Assembly: GCA_963801605.1 (NCBI GenBank) | Contig: CAWDFP010000006.1 | Coordinates: 1,312,001 to 1,376,000 of the forward strand | Reading direction: 5' to 3' | Source: an uncultured candidate division Zixibacteria bacterium | GTDB taxonomy: Bacteria > Zixibacteria > MSB-5A5 > UBA10806 | DNA length: 64,000 bases | Shown: positions 49,883 through 61,238 of the stretch, piece by piece | How the letters are laid out: each line of letters starts with the position of its first letter | Position numbering within the stretch: position 1 is the first letter of the stretch | Made by a program: the position numbers and the translations under genes | Notes under the pieces: model-generated | Seen by the model: only the letters and a program-made list of their open reading frames with translations | Told to the model about the DNA's origin: nothing | Database searches by the model: none

Positions 49883-51130
49883 TTATGGCCAGAGATGAAG
49901 GGTAATATTGACTCCGGTTAGATGAGCCCCCGGGCCGACTATCAAAGCGTCATCGTCAGTCCAAACCCCATCTTCGTTAAGATCATAAAACCACCAGCCA
50001 TCCCCATTATCGATTGGGTTCCAGGGTCCGCTGTTGTTGACATCATCCTGGGCTTCAAAACGAAGATGTAGGGGAGCCGGCAAATTATCTAAAACGATTG
50101 TAAAATTGCCATCTGTGGGATTAACAGTGGCCTGGCCGATCAAATATGGAGTGTAGTTATTTATCGTGTCGGCGAAGGCGTATGTATGTGATGTTAAAGT
50201 ATGCCCCGGCCAGGTGACAGTCCCGCTAATAGTAGTCTGTCCGGTTCCCTCCTCAAATACTGCCGTTACCGTCATATTTCGATGCATAACCAATGTCAGA
50301 GGATTAAGAATGCCTGTCGTATCGCCTATCCAGTGCAGGAATGCCCAACCGGAACCGGGAATGGCGGTCAAAAATACCGTATCGCCGTACGCATAATTCG
50401 AGCTGTCTGGTTGACGGGTAACAATTCCGAGCCCTTGAAGCAGCGTAGTTAATGTGAATGTGATCGAATCGCGAGTGGTAAAAGCCCAGACCGGACTGGA
50501 GGTTGCGTGATGATCGGGGTCTTTGGCTACAACTTTCCAATTATATTGCCTGAGATATTGAAGCTGAGAAATCTGGTAGCTGTTGATAGTCAAGTTTGAA
50601 TCTACAAGCATTAAGTAGCCGCCCGATCCAAAATAAAGATCATACTTAAGAGAATCATCATCGGGATCGCTGCAATTCCATCTGAGCGTTGGATTAATAG
50701 ATACCCCCAGACTGCTATCGGATGGCTGCGGCTCTCCTGGTATCAGCGGAGGCAGCCCGATTGCCTGCGTAGAAATCGCAATTGAATTCGATGGGCTTGA
50801 TTCGCCGTTGTCATTTTTGGCTGCGACGCGGTAAGAATATTCTGTTGTATCCTGCAGCAGGCTATCGATAAATAAGGTCGAATTTGCGGGAACGAAGGTT
50901 AATGGAACCCAATCGTTTTCATATCTTCTATAAATTAAAAAACTGGTTTCATCATCAGAGTTATCGACCCAGCTTAAAGCTATCGATGCTGACGACAGCG
51001 ATTGCCCGGTTAGATTCGATGGTGCGCCGGGGAAATTGCCTACAGTGCTTTTATTACCGCAATCAATTAATAGGAAAAGACAAAGGCAGAATCCCAGAGC
51101 GGATTTTAAGGCGTAATCATGCAATTTCAT
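49883..51130 (-). CDS. Fn3 lipoprotein with additional Ig-like repeats
   Basis: WVDNSDDE, DPDDDSLKYD, Y.YG..V.LTA.P..GW.F..W.GD. Confidence 0.8.
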   Translation of the reverse strand: MKLHDYALKSALGFCLCLFLLIDCGNKSTVGNFPGAPSNLTGQSLSSASIALSWVDNSDDETSFLIYRRYENDWVPLTFVPANSTLFIDSLLQDTTEYSYRVAAKNDNGESSPSNSIAISTQAIGLPPLIPGEPQPSDSSLGVSINPTLRWNCSDPDDDSLKYDLYFGSGGYLMLVDSNLTINSYQISQLQYLRQYNWKVVAKDPDHHATSSPVWAFTTRDSITFTLTTLLQGLGIVTRQPDSSNYAYGDTVFLTAIPGSGWAFLHWIGDTTGILNPLTLVMHRNMTVTAVFEEGTGQTTISGTVTWPGHTLTSHTYAFADTINNYTPYLIGQATVNPTDGNFTIVLDNLPAPLHLRFEAQDDVNNSGPWNPIDNGDGWWFYDLNEDGVWTDDDALIVGPGAHLTGVNITLHLWP

Positions 51131-51190
51131 AAATCAACGATATTATATCATTTGTGTAACGTCAAGCCTGTATTTGAAATTAAAATAAAA

Positions 51191-51217
51191 CCGGCAGATG
51201 GAGAAACCATCCGCCGG
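51191..51217 (-). terminator. Intrinsic terminator
   Basis: CCGGCAGATGG/CCATCCGCCGG, TTTTATTTT on the minus strand. Confidence 0.7.
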
Positions 51218-51239
51218 AATAATCGAAATCTAAATAGAG

Positions 51240-52859
51240 TTACTTTGCTGGAAGAACGAACGGCCCTTGTCCGTGACGGCCATCAAGGCCCCCATAGATT
51301 ATTATGTTGATACCATTGATTGCCTGGCCATTTTGATAGGTAAACCAATCGCAATATTGGTTTCCATCGCCGTCATAGCAGTTCCAGGGTTCACCCTGTT
51401 CGCCGACTGTGCCATCGTTATCAAGATCATCAAATGCATAGATATACGATGCACCGGCATCAGCAGGATTGAAACTGACGGAGAACGGAGCGCTCTCAGC
51501 TCCTCCCGAAAGGCGCCAAGAATTCAGTATAGAACCGCTGCTGTCGATCAGGGCTACAATGGGATGAGTCAAAGTATTACCTTGCCAGGTCACGGATCCA
51601 TTTATTGTCGCCTGGCTGATTATCTGTTCAATCACTCCGATAAATTGCGAAACGAAATTGGTCCACGGCACTTGCTGAAATTCCAATCTGGCGTAGCTCG
51701 TGGAATCATACATTTCCCGCAGATAAGGCATATGGATAGTCAGACCGCCGCGAGTGATACCCTGGGCATTCGTATTGGTAATGACGATAGCCTCATTTAG
51801 TGCGGTTATCACCGAATCTGCGGCGTGGCTTATGAGATTGATATTTTGAAGATTAGGCTCCTGTTTGACCTTATTGGCCAGTTCCCTGATATCAACATAA
51901 GCCGGGCCATCATATTGAGTGGTATTGGTGTTGAGCCAGGCATCGAGCAGTTCATCCCAGTGATCCCCAATCGATGTCGAAAGCTGAGTGCCGAAGTTAT
52001 CCATTTTAGCTGCCAGATGTCCGATCTTTGATAGGTCTGTGGCTGCCATGTGAACGATTTTCTGTTTGTCGATACCCGCTTGATAAACGGCTTGAGCGAT
52101 ATTTGAGGCTAATTCACGGGCGCCAAGAGTGGGATTATGGTTAAGATTCGATAACCAGATGTTCGAACCTAATACACTTTCCATCGGCATTGAAAATTCC
52201 GATGCCACCAGATAGTTGGCGCTATTCCTGAATTCGTAGGCCACCTCGACCATCGACATCAGGCAGGCGTGAAATGTTATGATTTCGAATTTAGCGACAT
52301 TATTGGCGGCCGAGGCTTGCTCTACGGCATTAGCCATATCGTATGTGCTCATAATTCGGCCCGAGCCGTTTTGGTCGTCGACACAAGAGCCTGGCCAGCC
52401 GGCGCCGTGATCGTCAACGATCAGCATATATTTTTTGGCGGGATAATTAGCCAATCCGTAATTCAGGAACTCCTTAAGCGTCTGCCAGTCGGACATGTCT
52501 TTAGTGCCTTTGTTTTCGAGAACCGGTGAGCTGATATTATCACCAAGATCATCGGGATAATGCTCGATATGATAATATTTGGCGCCGCCGCCGGTTCTCA
52601 TCGAGGCTACCATCGCCACGATTTCAATCTTGTCGGTTGAACCGTTGCCTTCGAGATCCTGAATATCCTGAATGCAGTAAGAGCCGCCGCCCTGGGCAGC
52701 GTCTAAATTATTGTTGCCATCAGCATAAACCAGAATTGTCCATTCCGTCGATGGTCCTGACGGGGTGTTGGACTTATCTTTGCTGCAGCTAACATATAGC
52801 AGCAGACCAGCTAACAGGATTGCTGTAACCGGAATAAAAACCCTCATTGCAAGTTTCAT
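51240..52859 (-). CDS. Clostripain-family (C11) cysteine peptidase lipoprotein
   Basis: WTILVY..NNL, YPA..Y.L..DHGAGW, HACLM..EV.YE, ASE. Confidence 0.9.
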   Translation of the reverse strand: MKLAMRVFIPVTAILLAGLLLYVSCSKDKSNTPSGPSTEWTILVYADGNNNLDAAQGGGSYCIQDIQDLEGNGSTDKIEIVAMVASMRTGGGAKYYHIEHYPDDLGDNISSPVLENKGTKDMSDWQTLKEFLNYGLANYPAKKYMLIVDDHGAGWPGSCVDDQNGSGRIMSTYDMANAVEQASAANNVAKFEIITFHACLMSMVEVAYEFRNSANYLVASEFSMPMESVLGSNIWLSNLNHNPTLGARELASNIAQAVYQAGIDKQKIVHMAATDLSKIGHLAAKMDNFGTQLSTSIGDHWDELLDAWLNTNTTQYDGPAYVDIRELANKVKQEPNLQNINLISHAADSVITALNEAIVITNTNAQGITRGGLTIHMPYLREMYDSTSYARLEFQQVPWTNFVSQFIGVIEQIISQATINGSVTWQGNTLTHPIVALIDSSGSILNSWRLSGGAESAPFSVSFNPADAGASYIYAFDDLDNDGTVGEQGEPWNCYDGDGNQYCDWFTYQNGQAINGINIIIYGGLDGRHGQGPFVLPAK

Positions 52860-53257
52860 TTTTGCCTCCTTATGAAATTGAACATGTTAATTTGACTCGA
52901 AATATCATTCGGAAACCCACAGATATATGCAATAATATGTTATGCCCCGCTAAAACAATTTTGAACTGACAAAACTAATGGAAAATATGGATTTGAATAC
53001 TTCCCGTCAAGGTATTTAACAATCCGAAATAAAAATCGTCGTCTTTCGGAACATAAGATAATGATAACCGTTAACTATATTCGCGGCAGGAATTGCTTGA
53101 CATCTTTTGCCTAATCAGTAAATTTGCCCTTTAGCGGAGAATAAATTAACGGGAGACCACTGTAGACCTTACATTTATGCCTCACAACGGGCCTAAGTAA
53201 AATAAGATTGATTAATATTAAGTCTTAACACCACAAGAAACCACCTAAGGAGGACTC

Positions 53258-54034
53258 GTGAAACGCAGTTTGATTTATCTCGTAGCGATCATGTTTTTAT
53301 TGACAGCAGCTGTAGCCTTTGCCGGCGATGCAACCAAAACCGAATCCGGCGGTTGCCCCATGATGAAAGCCAAAACAGCATCCGATACTACTGCCGCGGC
53401 TGCCTCGCATGCCGGTTGCCCCTATGGTAAGGCCGATGCTAAAGTCGGTGCCGCCGTTTCCACATCCGGCGAGACAAAGGCTATGGGTGAATGCCCGATG
53501 CATGCCAAAACCGTCGTTGGCAAGGCCGAAGCCTCTGCAAGCGAAGCCACTACAGGCGCCGTCGCTCCTGCAGCCGAGGTTAAAGTCGAAAACGCTGCTG
53601 CCGCCACCGCTGCTACCGCTGCCACTGAGGAAAAGATTTCGGTGAAAATTCCTGAAGGTTCCTGCCCCGATGTTGCCGACAAAAACGAACTGACTAATTT
53701 CCATAACAATATGCATCCGATGGATATGGCGCTGAAGTCCGGCAACTATGCCGAAATCAAAGGCTCTATGCCGAAGCTTATGGAAGCCTCTAAGGGTATT
53801 GCCGCCTACAAATGCCCGATGACCGGTAAATGCTCTCCCGAATGCCTCAAAGCATTTGACGATAAGAAAACCACTCTCTTAAAGGCCGTTGATGAGCTCA
53901 ATCTTGCCTGTCAGGGTGATGATAACAAGAAGATCGAGGCAACTTTCGGAACGATGCATCAGGCTTATATCGATTTTGCCGGCATGTGCAATCCTGCCGC
54001 CAAAGAGACTGCTAAACAGGTCGAAACCAAGTAG
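53258..54034 (+). CDS. Secreted Cys/Met/His-rich protein
   Basis: Signal peptide, GCPMM/GCPY/ECPMH/KCPM repeats, helical C-terminal domain; AGGAGG RBS. Confidence 0.7.
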   Translation: MKRSLIYLVAIMFLLTAAVAFAGDATKTESGGCPMMKAKTASDTTAAAASHAGCPYGKADAKVGAAVSTSGETKAMGECPMHAKTVVGKAEASASEATTGAVAPAAEVKVENAAAATAATAATEEKISVKIPEGSCPDVADKNELTNFHNNMHPMDMALKSGNYAEIKGSMPKLMEASKGIAAYKCPMTGKCSPECLKAFDDKKTTLLKAVDELNLACQGDDNKKIEATFGTMHQAYIDFAGMCNPAAKETAKQVETK

Positions 54035-54060
54035 CTTTACTCAATTTCATTTGGTTTTAT

Positions 54061-54092
54061 CGGCTCGGTAATACCACCGGGCCGTTTTTTTT
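54061..54092 (+). terminator. Intrinsic terminator
   Basis: CGGCTCGGT-N6-ACCGGGCCG-TTTTTTTT. Confidence 0.8.
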
Positions 54093-54249
54093 ACAATGAG
54101 GCCGTTTATCGACATGTCATTATCAAATTTATTATAGGCAATTCGATACCAATAATCGTATCTTATGGAAAAGCTAACAGTCCCATATCAAGATATGGCT
54201 GCTGATAATGTGTTGACTTGCCGATAATAGCATTGTAGATTTTCGGGCT

Positions 54250-56491
54250 ATGAAGATGCTCAAAGAGTTGGAAAAAAATAAAAAGAATAGAATCCTGGGG
54301 CTTCTGCTTTGTACGCTGGCTCTGCTTTTACTCGTCAGCCTGATTTCTTATGACAAAGCGGACTATAGCGGCACGACTCTATCGAGTGATATTCATAATC
54401 GCGGCGGGATTAGCCGGAGCTTTCATTGCGCATTGGCTTTTCGTGGCCTTTGGGCTTTGCTCCCTGATAATTCCGATCGCCTTAATCCTCTGGGGAGTAA
54501 ACCGGTTTCTGGGACGGTCTATTGAGACCATGCGTCGCCTGAGTTTTATCGCCGGCTTTTTTATTATTACCATTATTACTCTCATATCGCTTTTTCACGC
54601 CAGAGATGATTTCGCAACGTTGGGTACGACTTTCGGTGGCGCGCTTGGACACCAGTTGGCCTATGGGCTGGTGAAGCTCGTGGGCGGCCTGGTGGCTTTC
54701 ACCTTGATGATTTCCCTGATTGTCACCGGCCTGATGATAGTTGTCCCCGGAGCTCTTACCAAAGCGGCCCACTTCTTTATAGGCGTTTTCTCAAAGGATA
54801 CTCTCGAACGCCTTAAAAAAAGCAAAGACTCCGATAAAACCAAAGCCACCGTGCTGAAGGAAAATACGCCTGCCGTCAAGGCCGAGGCGAAACAGGGATT
54901 TGTTAAAAGCATCCTTCATATTAGAAAGCATGACGAGGCAAAACAGGAACCTCAGCCAATTGCCTCCGATAATTCCAAAGCCGATTCGCCCGTGATAGCA
55001 ATTGAACAAGCTTCGACCAAACCTTCGCCGCCGAACAGGATTAAGGGAATTCGCTCGCCCGGAACTAAAGGCGAATATCGCCTGCCGACAATCGATCTTC
55101 TTGATGATCCGCCCGGCGGAGTTCCCATCATTGATGAATCTTACTTCCGTAAAACCGCCGAGGCTCTTCGCCATACGCTGTTAACATTTGGTGTCGAGAT
55201 CGAATCCGGCGAGGTTAATATTCTGCCTGGCCCCATCATTACGAGATTTGAGTTTAAGCCCGCTTCCGGAATTAAGGTTTCGCAGATATTAAATTTAGCT
55301 GACGATCTGGCGCTGGCTATGCAGGCCGAACGGATCAGGATCGTGGCTCCTATTCCCGGCAAACCGGCGGTGGGAATTGAAATACCAAACAAAGTCAAAC
55401 GCGGTATTTATATAAAAGAGCTTATTTCATCGCCCGTTTTTACCGATTCCGACGCCAGGTTGTTAATGGCGCTCGGCAAAACAATTAGCGGCGATCCTTT
55501 CGTAGCCGATCTGGCCCGCATGCCTCATTTGCTATTAGCGGGTTCAACCGGCAGCGGTAAATCCGTATGCCTCAATGTCCTTCTTACAAGTTTGATATTC
55601 AGGCTTCATCCCGATGAGATCAGGTTCATCCTGATCGATCCCAAGCGGCTGGAGCTATCGGTATATGATGGCCTGCCGCATCTGGAAAAACCGGTCGTCA
55701 CCGAAATGAAAGACGCCGAAAAGATGCTTGCTGATGCCGTTATCGAGATGGAGGATCGCTACCGAACTCTGGCCCGCGCCGGCGTCCGTAACATTGCAGA
55801 ATACAACGCCCGCGAAAAGGAGATACTGCCTTATCTCGTAATCGTTGTTGATGAGTTAGCCGACCTCATGATGAGCGGACTTAGCCGGGTTGAAAGCCTG
55901 ATTACCCGTCTGGCTCAAATGGCCCGTGCGGTTGGAATTCATCTGATACTCGCCACCCAAAGGCCATCGGTGGATGTCATTACCGGTCTCATTAAAGCCA
56001 ATTTCTCGACCAGAATCGCTTTCCAAACTGCCTCCAAGGTCGATTCGCGAACAATCCTTGACGCTAATGGCGCCGAAAAACTTCTGGGCAGGGGAGATAT
56101 GCTATTTTCGACTCCCGGTCTCGCCGAACCGGTCCGGATTCACGGAGCCTATATCTCCGGTGAGGAAACCGAGCGGCTGGTGGAATTTATCAGTCAGCAG
56201 GAATACCGCACCAAGGCGATCGAGACTTTCGAAAAGAGCGAATCCGAGGATACCATTCCCGGTTTCGATCCGGCATCCGATCCGTTATTCAAAGAAGCGA
56301 TCGAACTTGTCATCAGGCATAAACAGGGTTCGGTATCTCTGCTTCAGAGACGGCTTGGCGTTGGTTATCAGCGTGCCGCCCGTTTGATCGATCAGCTTGA
56401 ACAGGCTGGGGTTGTCGGTCCGTATGATGGCAGCAAAGCCCGCGAAGTTTTGGTTGATGAAACCTACCTGGAATCAAAAGAGTACAAATAA
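54250..56491 (+). CDS. ftsK: DNA translocase FtsK, frameshift near 54405
   Basis: N-terminal TMs split across two ORFs; GSTGSGKS, VDELADLM, ATQRPS, gamma domain LQRRL..GY.RAAR. Confidence 0.95.
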
Positions 56492-56494
56492 TAG

Positions 56495-57091
56495 ATGTTA
56501 GCCTATATTCTTTCGCTCCTGATCGCCTCGCAGATTTCGGTATCAAAAGGCGAGGAAATTCTTAATCAGATGGCCAATCGCTATAAGGCCGTTAGCGGTA
56601 TTCAATGGACCATGCAATCGCGCATCTATCAACCGGTTTTCGATGATACTCAAAACTCGTCGATACAATTTATGTTCAACTCCCCGGATACATTTTATTA
56701 TAAGAGCGATAGCGAGGAGGTCGTGGGGATTGCCGATACCATCTGGGTTCTATCCCGGAAAAATAAGCAAATCCAGAAGAAACTTACCGAATCGTATCTG
56801 ATGCCGACCGATTTTATAATCAAATGGAATCAACATTATACATTGAATGATTACCGGGCCAAAGATGATACAAAGCAATTCGATTTAGTGGGCAATGAAG
56901 GTGTATCACCTGCTAACGTGAAACTTACTCTGGATAAGAATAACCGCATCAAAGAAATTTATTATAAAGATATCTCCGATAACGATGTGACCCTGACCGT
57001 TACCAAAGAGACACTCAAGCGATCCAAAAAAATCAATCTGTTTTTTATTAATATTCCCCAAGGTTATAAACTGATTGATTTGATAGAATAA
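56495..57091 (+). CDS. lolA: LolA-like lipoprotein carrier
   Basis: Follows ftsK; size and F..P.G..LID C-terminus. Confidence 0.65.
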   Translation: MLAYILSLLIASQISVSKGEEILNQMANRYKAVSGIQWTMQSRIYQPVFDDTQNSSIQFMFNSPDTFYYKSDSEEVVGIADTIWVLSRKNKQIQKKLTESYLMPTDFIIKWNQHYTLNDYRAKDDTKQFDLVGNEGVSPANVKLTLDKNNRIKEIYYKDISDNDVTLTVTKETLKRSKKINLFFINIPQGYKLIDLIE

Positions 57092-57284
57092 CCGAATCAG
57101 ATTATTCTCTGAGATGTTCGCTTTCTCATTTGCTTCCCTAATTAATAGCCCGGCCTGTACATACTAAGTTAAGAAATCACAATATCTTACTTGCCCAGAC
57201 ACCATATTTTTATGGCCTTTTAATATTATTTCCCTATATTTGGCCCCAGGCCGCGAGTAAATAATAAAGGAGCACATAATAGAT

Positions 57285-58600
57285 ATGGCAGTCGGCGATA
57301 AGGCAAAATCATTTTATTTGGCAACACTTGGTTGCCCCAAGAACGAGGTCGATTCGGAGGCTCTGCAAACGGACCTCCTTGCCGCCGGGTTGATACCGGT
57401 TGACGACCCCGGTTCTGCCGACCTGCTCCTAGTCAACAGTTGCGGCTTCATTAATGATGCTAAAGTCGAGGCTATCCAGACTGTCCTCGATCTCCATCAG
57501 GATAGAAAGGCCGGGTCAATCCTGGTATTGTGCGGATGCCTGCCCGTTCGATACAACTTAAGTCGGTCGCTTAACGAGGTCGATATCTTTCTTCCCTGGA
57601 ATCGGCATCATGAGCTTGTCTCAAAATTGCAGGAGTTGGGCTGGCCGATAAACAAGCCAAAGACACCAGCTTTCGATAGGTATCATCCTAAAAGGGTTAA
57701 GCCGATTTCGGCCTTTTCATATCTACGCATTTCCGAAGGTTGCGATAATCGCTGTGCTTACTGCGCCATCCCCAATATCAAAGGGCCGTTCACCAGTCGC
57801 CCCCTGCAGGAAATTATCTCTGAGGCTGAATTTCTTGCCAACAACGGCGCCAGAGAACTGGTTCTGATTGGACAGGATACTACCCTTTATGGACGAAACG
57901 GCGCCGATAAAGATAGCCTGGCCAATTTGTTAGAGCGGTTAGCCTTAGAAACTTCCTGTGATTGGATCAGGCTGATGTATGCTCATCCGGCACATCTCGA
58001 TAAAAATATAATTTCCGTTATGGCCAGCAACCGATAAAGTAATTAAGTACATCGATCTTCCCCTTCAGCACATAAGCGAACATCTCCTCAAGAAAATGAA
58101 CCGCAAGGTACATCGCATCCAGATCGAATCGCTTATCGCCAAATTGAGGGAAAGTATGCCGGGATTGGTATTACGCACCACGTTTATCGTCGGGTTTCCC
58201 GGCGAAACCGATAAGGATTTCGCCGAGCTTCTCGATTTTTGCGAAACTGCGAAATTCGATAATGTTGGAGTTTTCAAATATTCCCCGGAGGAGGGAACCC
58301 CGGCTTATAAATTCAAAGACCGTGTTGACGAAGAGACTATCGACGAAAGATACTTGACTCTTTTGGATATTCAGAATATGATTTCGGGCGAGATAGCTAA
58401 AGCAGCGTGTCGGACAGCGGGAACGGGTCCTGTTGCAGGAGATCGATTCCGACGGAGTCGGCCATGCCCGCGGATGGTTTCAGGCGCCGGAGGTTGACGG
58501 TCAGGTGCTGATAAGCAACTGTCACGCTAAACCCGGCGAGTTTACAGAGGTCAAAATTGTAGGCTCCGATGCTTATGATCTTTCCGCCACCGAGCTTTAG
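57285..58600 (+). CDS. rimO: Ribosomal protein S12 methylthiotransferase, two frameshifts (~58030, ~58395)
   Basis: LGCPKNEVDSE, NSCGFI, EGCDNRCAYC, YAHP, LRTTFIVGFPGET, APEVDG in the third frame. Confidence 0.92.
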
Positions 58601-58614
58601 AGAAAGGAGGCAGT

Positions 58615-59274
58615 ATGTCTGTCACAGGAACGAAAATTAAAACCTCAGGGATAATCATCTCTCGACCTGTCAGCTTTACCTTTCTTTTGATTTATATTCT
58701 CCAGGGCGCCATTATTGCCTGGCTTATCTGGCAGTACAATCAGCATCAAACCGTAATTGTTGAACAGCAGAAGAAGATCGAAGAACTTGAACAGAAAGTA
58801 AAGATACTCGATATCATCGAACACTACCAGGTCGGGTTCAACGAAAATGAATCTGCCCAAATCGCCAATGTCGTTTATGATGAAAGTAATAAATACGGGA
58901 TTGATCCGCTGTTGATCTTAGCGGTAATCATCTCTGAGAGTTCGTTTCGCAAATCACAGACATCGGATATGGGGGCGGAAGGCTTGATGCAGATATTGCC
59001 ATCCACTGCAACCAGGGTGGCCGCCAAATGGGGAATTCAATGGCCGCAGAAAGGCGGCCTGGGAAACCCGGGCTTGAATGTTCGGGTCGGCACCGCCTAT
59101 CTTTTCGAGCTTATTCTAAGATATAAAGATATTAAGAAGGCGATCACGGCTTATAATATCGGAACCGGCGTTACCGAGGAGTATTTTTCATTTGGCGCAG
59201 CCCCGCCGGCGCGTTATTATGATAAAGTTCGAAAAATCTACCTGGAATTAAAGGATCGATTTAATGAAAAATAG
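58615..59274 (+). CDS. Lytic transglycosylase (SLT domain)
   Basis: ESSF, GAEGLMQI, AYN. Confidence 0.9.
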   Translation: MSVTGTKIKTSGIIISRPVSFTFLLIYILQGAIIAWLIWQYNQHQTVIVEQQKKIEELEQKVKILDIIEHYQVGFNENESAQIANVVYDESNKYGIDPLLILAVIISESSFRKSQTSDMGAEGLMQILPSTATRVAAKWGIQWPQKGGLGNPGLNVRVGTAYLFELILRYKDIKKAITAYNIGTGVTEEYFSFGAAPPARYYDKVRKIYLELKDRFNEK

Positions 59275-59875
59275 CGCTCCCCGGACTTTCCTTTTTTCTC
59301 TTCTTCTCGCATTCATCGGCTTTACATCAGTTTGGTCGCAGCCCGTTACCAATGAACAAATCGTGGTCAATTCCGTTCGGGAACAGATTACCCAGGGTAT
59401 CGAAAAGGATTCGGCTGCCGCGCTGCTTATAATATCTGGTGAAAAAGACCTCGAGATTCTCATCGCCGGAGCAATTGCCGATGCGATGCGATCCAAATAT
59501 CCCCAGGTGCTATTATCATCCACGCTTGCACCCAACGCAGATAACCTTCAATTCGATCTTCAGGGATTTGATTTTTCTTTTTCTAAGGGAGCCTCAAGAG
59601 GTTTCCTTAAAGCTCATAAAATAAAACGTCAGTTGCAGGCTCAGTTGCGTATAACCATTCGTAGCGGTATGGATGGACAATTGCGTGAGGTGAAAGATTT
59701 CTCGGTCGCATACAACGACGTTATCGATCCCGCCTGGGCAAAGTACGTTAACAGCCGCAATATTCCGGAACTGGCTCCGCAGGCGCCTGCTTCGGGATGG
59801 TCGCGATACGTGGAGCCAACCCTGGTAATCGGAGCGGTAGGGGCGTTGGTTTATTTATTTTTCGCAAACAGATGA
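59264..59875 (+). CDS. Hypothetical exported protein with C-terminal TM
   Basis: Signal peptide; EP.LV.....LVYLFF..R terminus. Confidence 0.7.
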   Translation: MKNSAPRTFLFSLLLAFIGFTSVWSQPVTNEQIVVNSVREQITQGIEKDSAAALLIISGEKDLEILIAGAIADAMRSKYPQVLLSSTLAPNADNLQFDLQGFDFSFSKGASRGFLKAHKIKRQLQAQLRITIRSGMDGQLREVKDFSVAYNDVIDPAWAKYVNSRNIPELAPQAPASGWSRYVEPTLVIGAVGALVYLFFANR

Positions 59876-59879
59876 GGAA

Positions 59880-60650
59880 TTGATGAGGCAAATTTCGATT
59901 TGGATTCTTGGTGCTTTAATTATGGTTGCGGCTTTGTCGTGCTCAAAAACGGCGGTAAAGGAAGAACTAACTCCTTATAAGCAGTTCCAGCAGGGAATGA
60001 ACTATTTTGAAAAGGGTAACTATCTCAAGGCCCAAAAGGAGCTTCAAAAAGTAATCTATGGCTTTCCCGGACAGACCTTCATCGATACTGCTCAGTATTA
60101 TCTGGCCATGAGTTATTATAACATTAGCAGTTATCCCGAAGCGATCGGTGAATTCCGAAAGGTATTGCAGACATTTCCATCGTCAGCGCTGGCCGATGAT
60201 TCCCAGTATTACGTAGCTATGTCATACTTCAAACAATCACCTCCTTATTATAAGGATCAGACCGATTCCTATTCGGCTGTTGACGAATTCGGCGTATTTC
60301 TCGACAGATATCCGGATAGCCCGCTTGTTGATGATGCCAGGGCTAATTTGGATCAGCTTTATGATAAGCTGGCGCAAAAACTGTTTAAATCCGGCGAACT
60401 ATATTTAAGATTAAACGATTATGATCCCGCCCTTCTCTATTTCGGGCAGGTTAGAGATAATTACTCCAATACTCAATGGGCTGCGGCATCGGTTTACTAT
60501 TCCGGAGTAGCTTTGATGAAACAGGGGAAAACCGCTGATGCCCTGGAGACATTTCAGAATTTTGTAACCGCTTTCCCTAATCATAAGCTTGTCAAAAAAG
60601 CCCAGGCCAATATATCGAAACTTGGGCCTAAAGAGTCTGCGGGGGGCTGA
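59880..60650 (+). CDS. bamD: Outer-membrane assembly lipoprotein BamD
   Basis: Lipobox ALSC, TPR helices, DQT..A..F..YP.S. Confidence 0.88.
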   Translation: MMRQISIWILGALIMVAALSCSKTAVKEELTPYKQFQQGMNYFEKGNYLKAQKELQKVIYGFPGQTFIDTAQYYLAMSYYNISSYPEAIGEFRKVLQTFPSSALADDSQYYVAMSYFKQSPPYYKDQTDSYSAVDEFGVFLDRYPDSPLVDDARANLDQLYDKLAQKLFKSGELYLRLNDYDPALLYFGQVRDNYSNTQWAAASVYYSGVALMKQGKTADALETFQNFVTAFPNHKLVKKAQANISKLGPKESAGG

Positions 60651-60656
60651 GATCTC

Positions 60657-61238
60657 TTGGCCAGAATTGGCATACTGGGAGGCACATTTGATCCTCCGCA
60701 CAATGGTCATATTGCGATTGCCCGGGCCGCGTTGGAGGAGTTGAATCTTTCCGAAGTTATTTTCGTTCCGGCCAATATACCACCGCATAAGCTTAAACGA
60801 ATCGTTGCCGGTCAATCAGATCGTTTGGTGATGTTGGAACTCTCCTTAGGGAATAATAGCAGATTTAAAATTTCGACAATCGAAATGGATCGGCCAGGGC
60901 CGTCCTATACCGCCGATACATTAACTGAGCTTAATGCCTTATATCCAAATGATGAGCTTTTTCTATTAATTGGAGCCGATAATGTTACGGATATCGAAGA
61001 CTGGTATCAACCGGAACGGATTGCGGAGTTGGCCAGGATAGCCGCGGCCAATAGGCCTAATTTTAATCCGCATGGCATTTATGCTGATAAGGTGATATAT
61101 TTTAAAATGCCGCCAACCGATATCTCCTCAACTGAGGTGCGCGATCGAATCCGGGCGGGGAAACCAATATCGGACTTAGTTTGTTCTGAGGTTGAGAAAT
61201 ATATTATCGAACACAGGTTATATATCAACCATGAGTAA
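60657..61238 (+). CDS. nadD: Nicotinate-nucleotide adenylyltransferase
   Basis: GGTFDPPHNGH, PPHK, SYT.DT, IGAD, ISST. Confidence 0.95.
   Translation: MARIGILGGTFDPPHNGHIAIARAALEELNLSEVIFVPANIPPHKLKRIVAGQSDRLVMLELSLGNNSRFKISTIEMDRPGPSYTADTLTELNALYPNDELFLLIGADNVTDIEDWYQPERIAELARIAAANRPNFNPHGIYADKVIYFKMPPTDISSTEVRDRIRAGKPISDLVCSEVEKYIIEHRLYINHE

Noticed and set aside
54250..56491. FtsK as a viral packaging ATPase
   Set aside because: Canonical chromosomal FtsK with TM and gamma domains next to lolA
58615..59274. Phage endolysin or tail lysozyme for the particle system
   Set aside because: It sits in the rimO-bamD-nadD-polA housekeeping run and has an N-terminal TM typical of host SLTs
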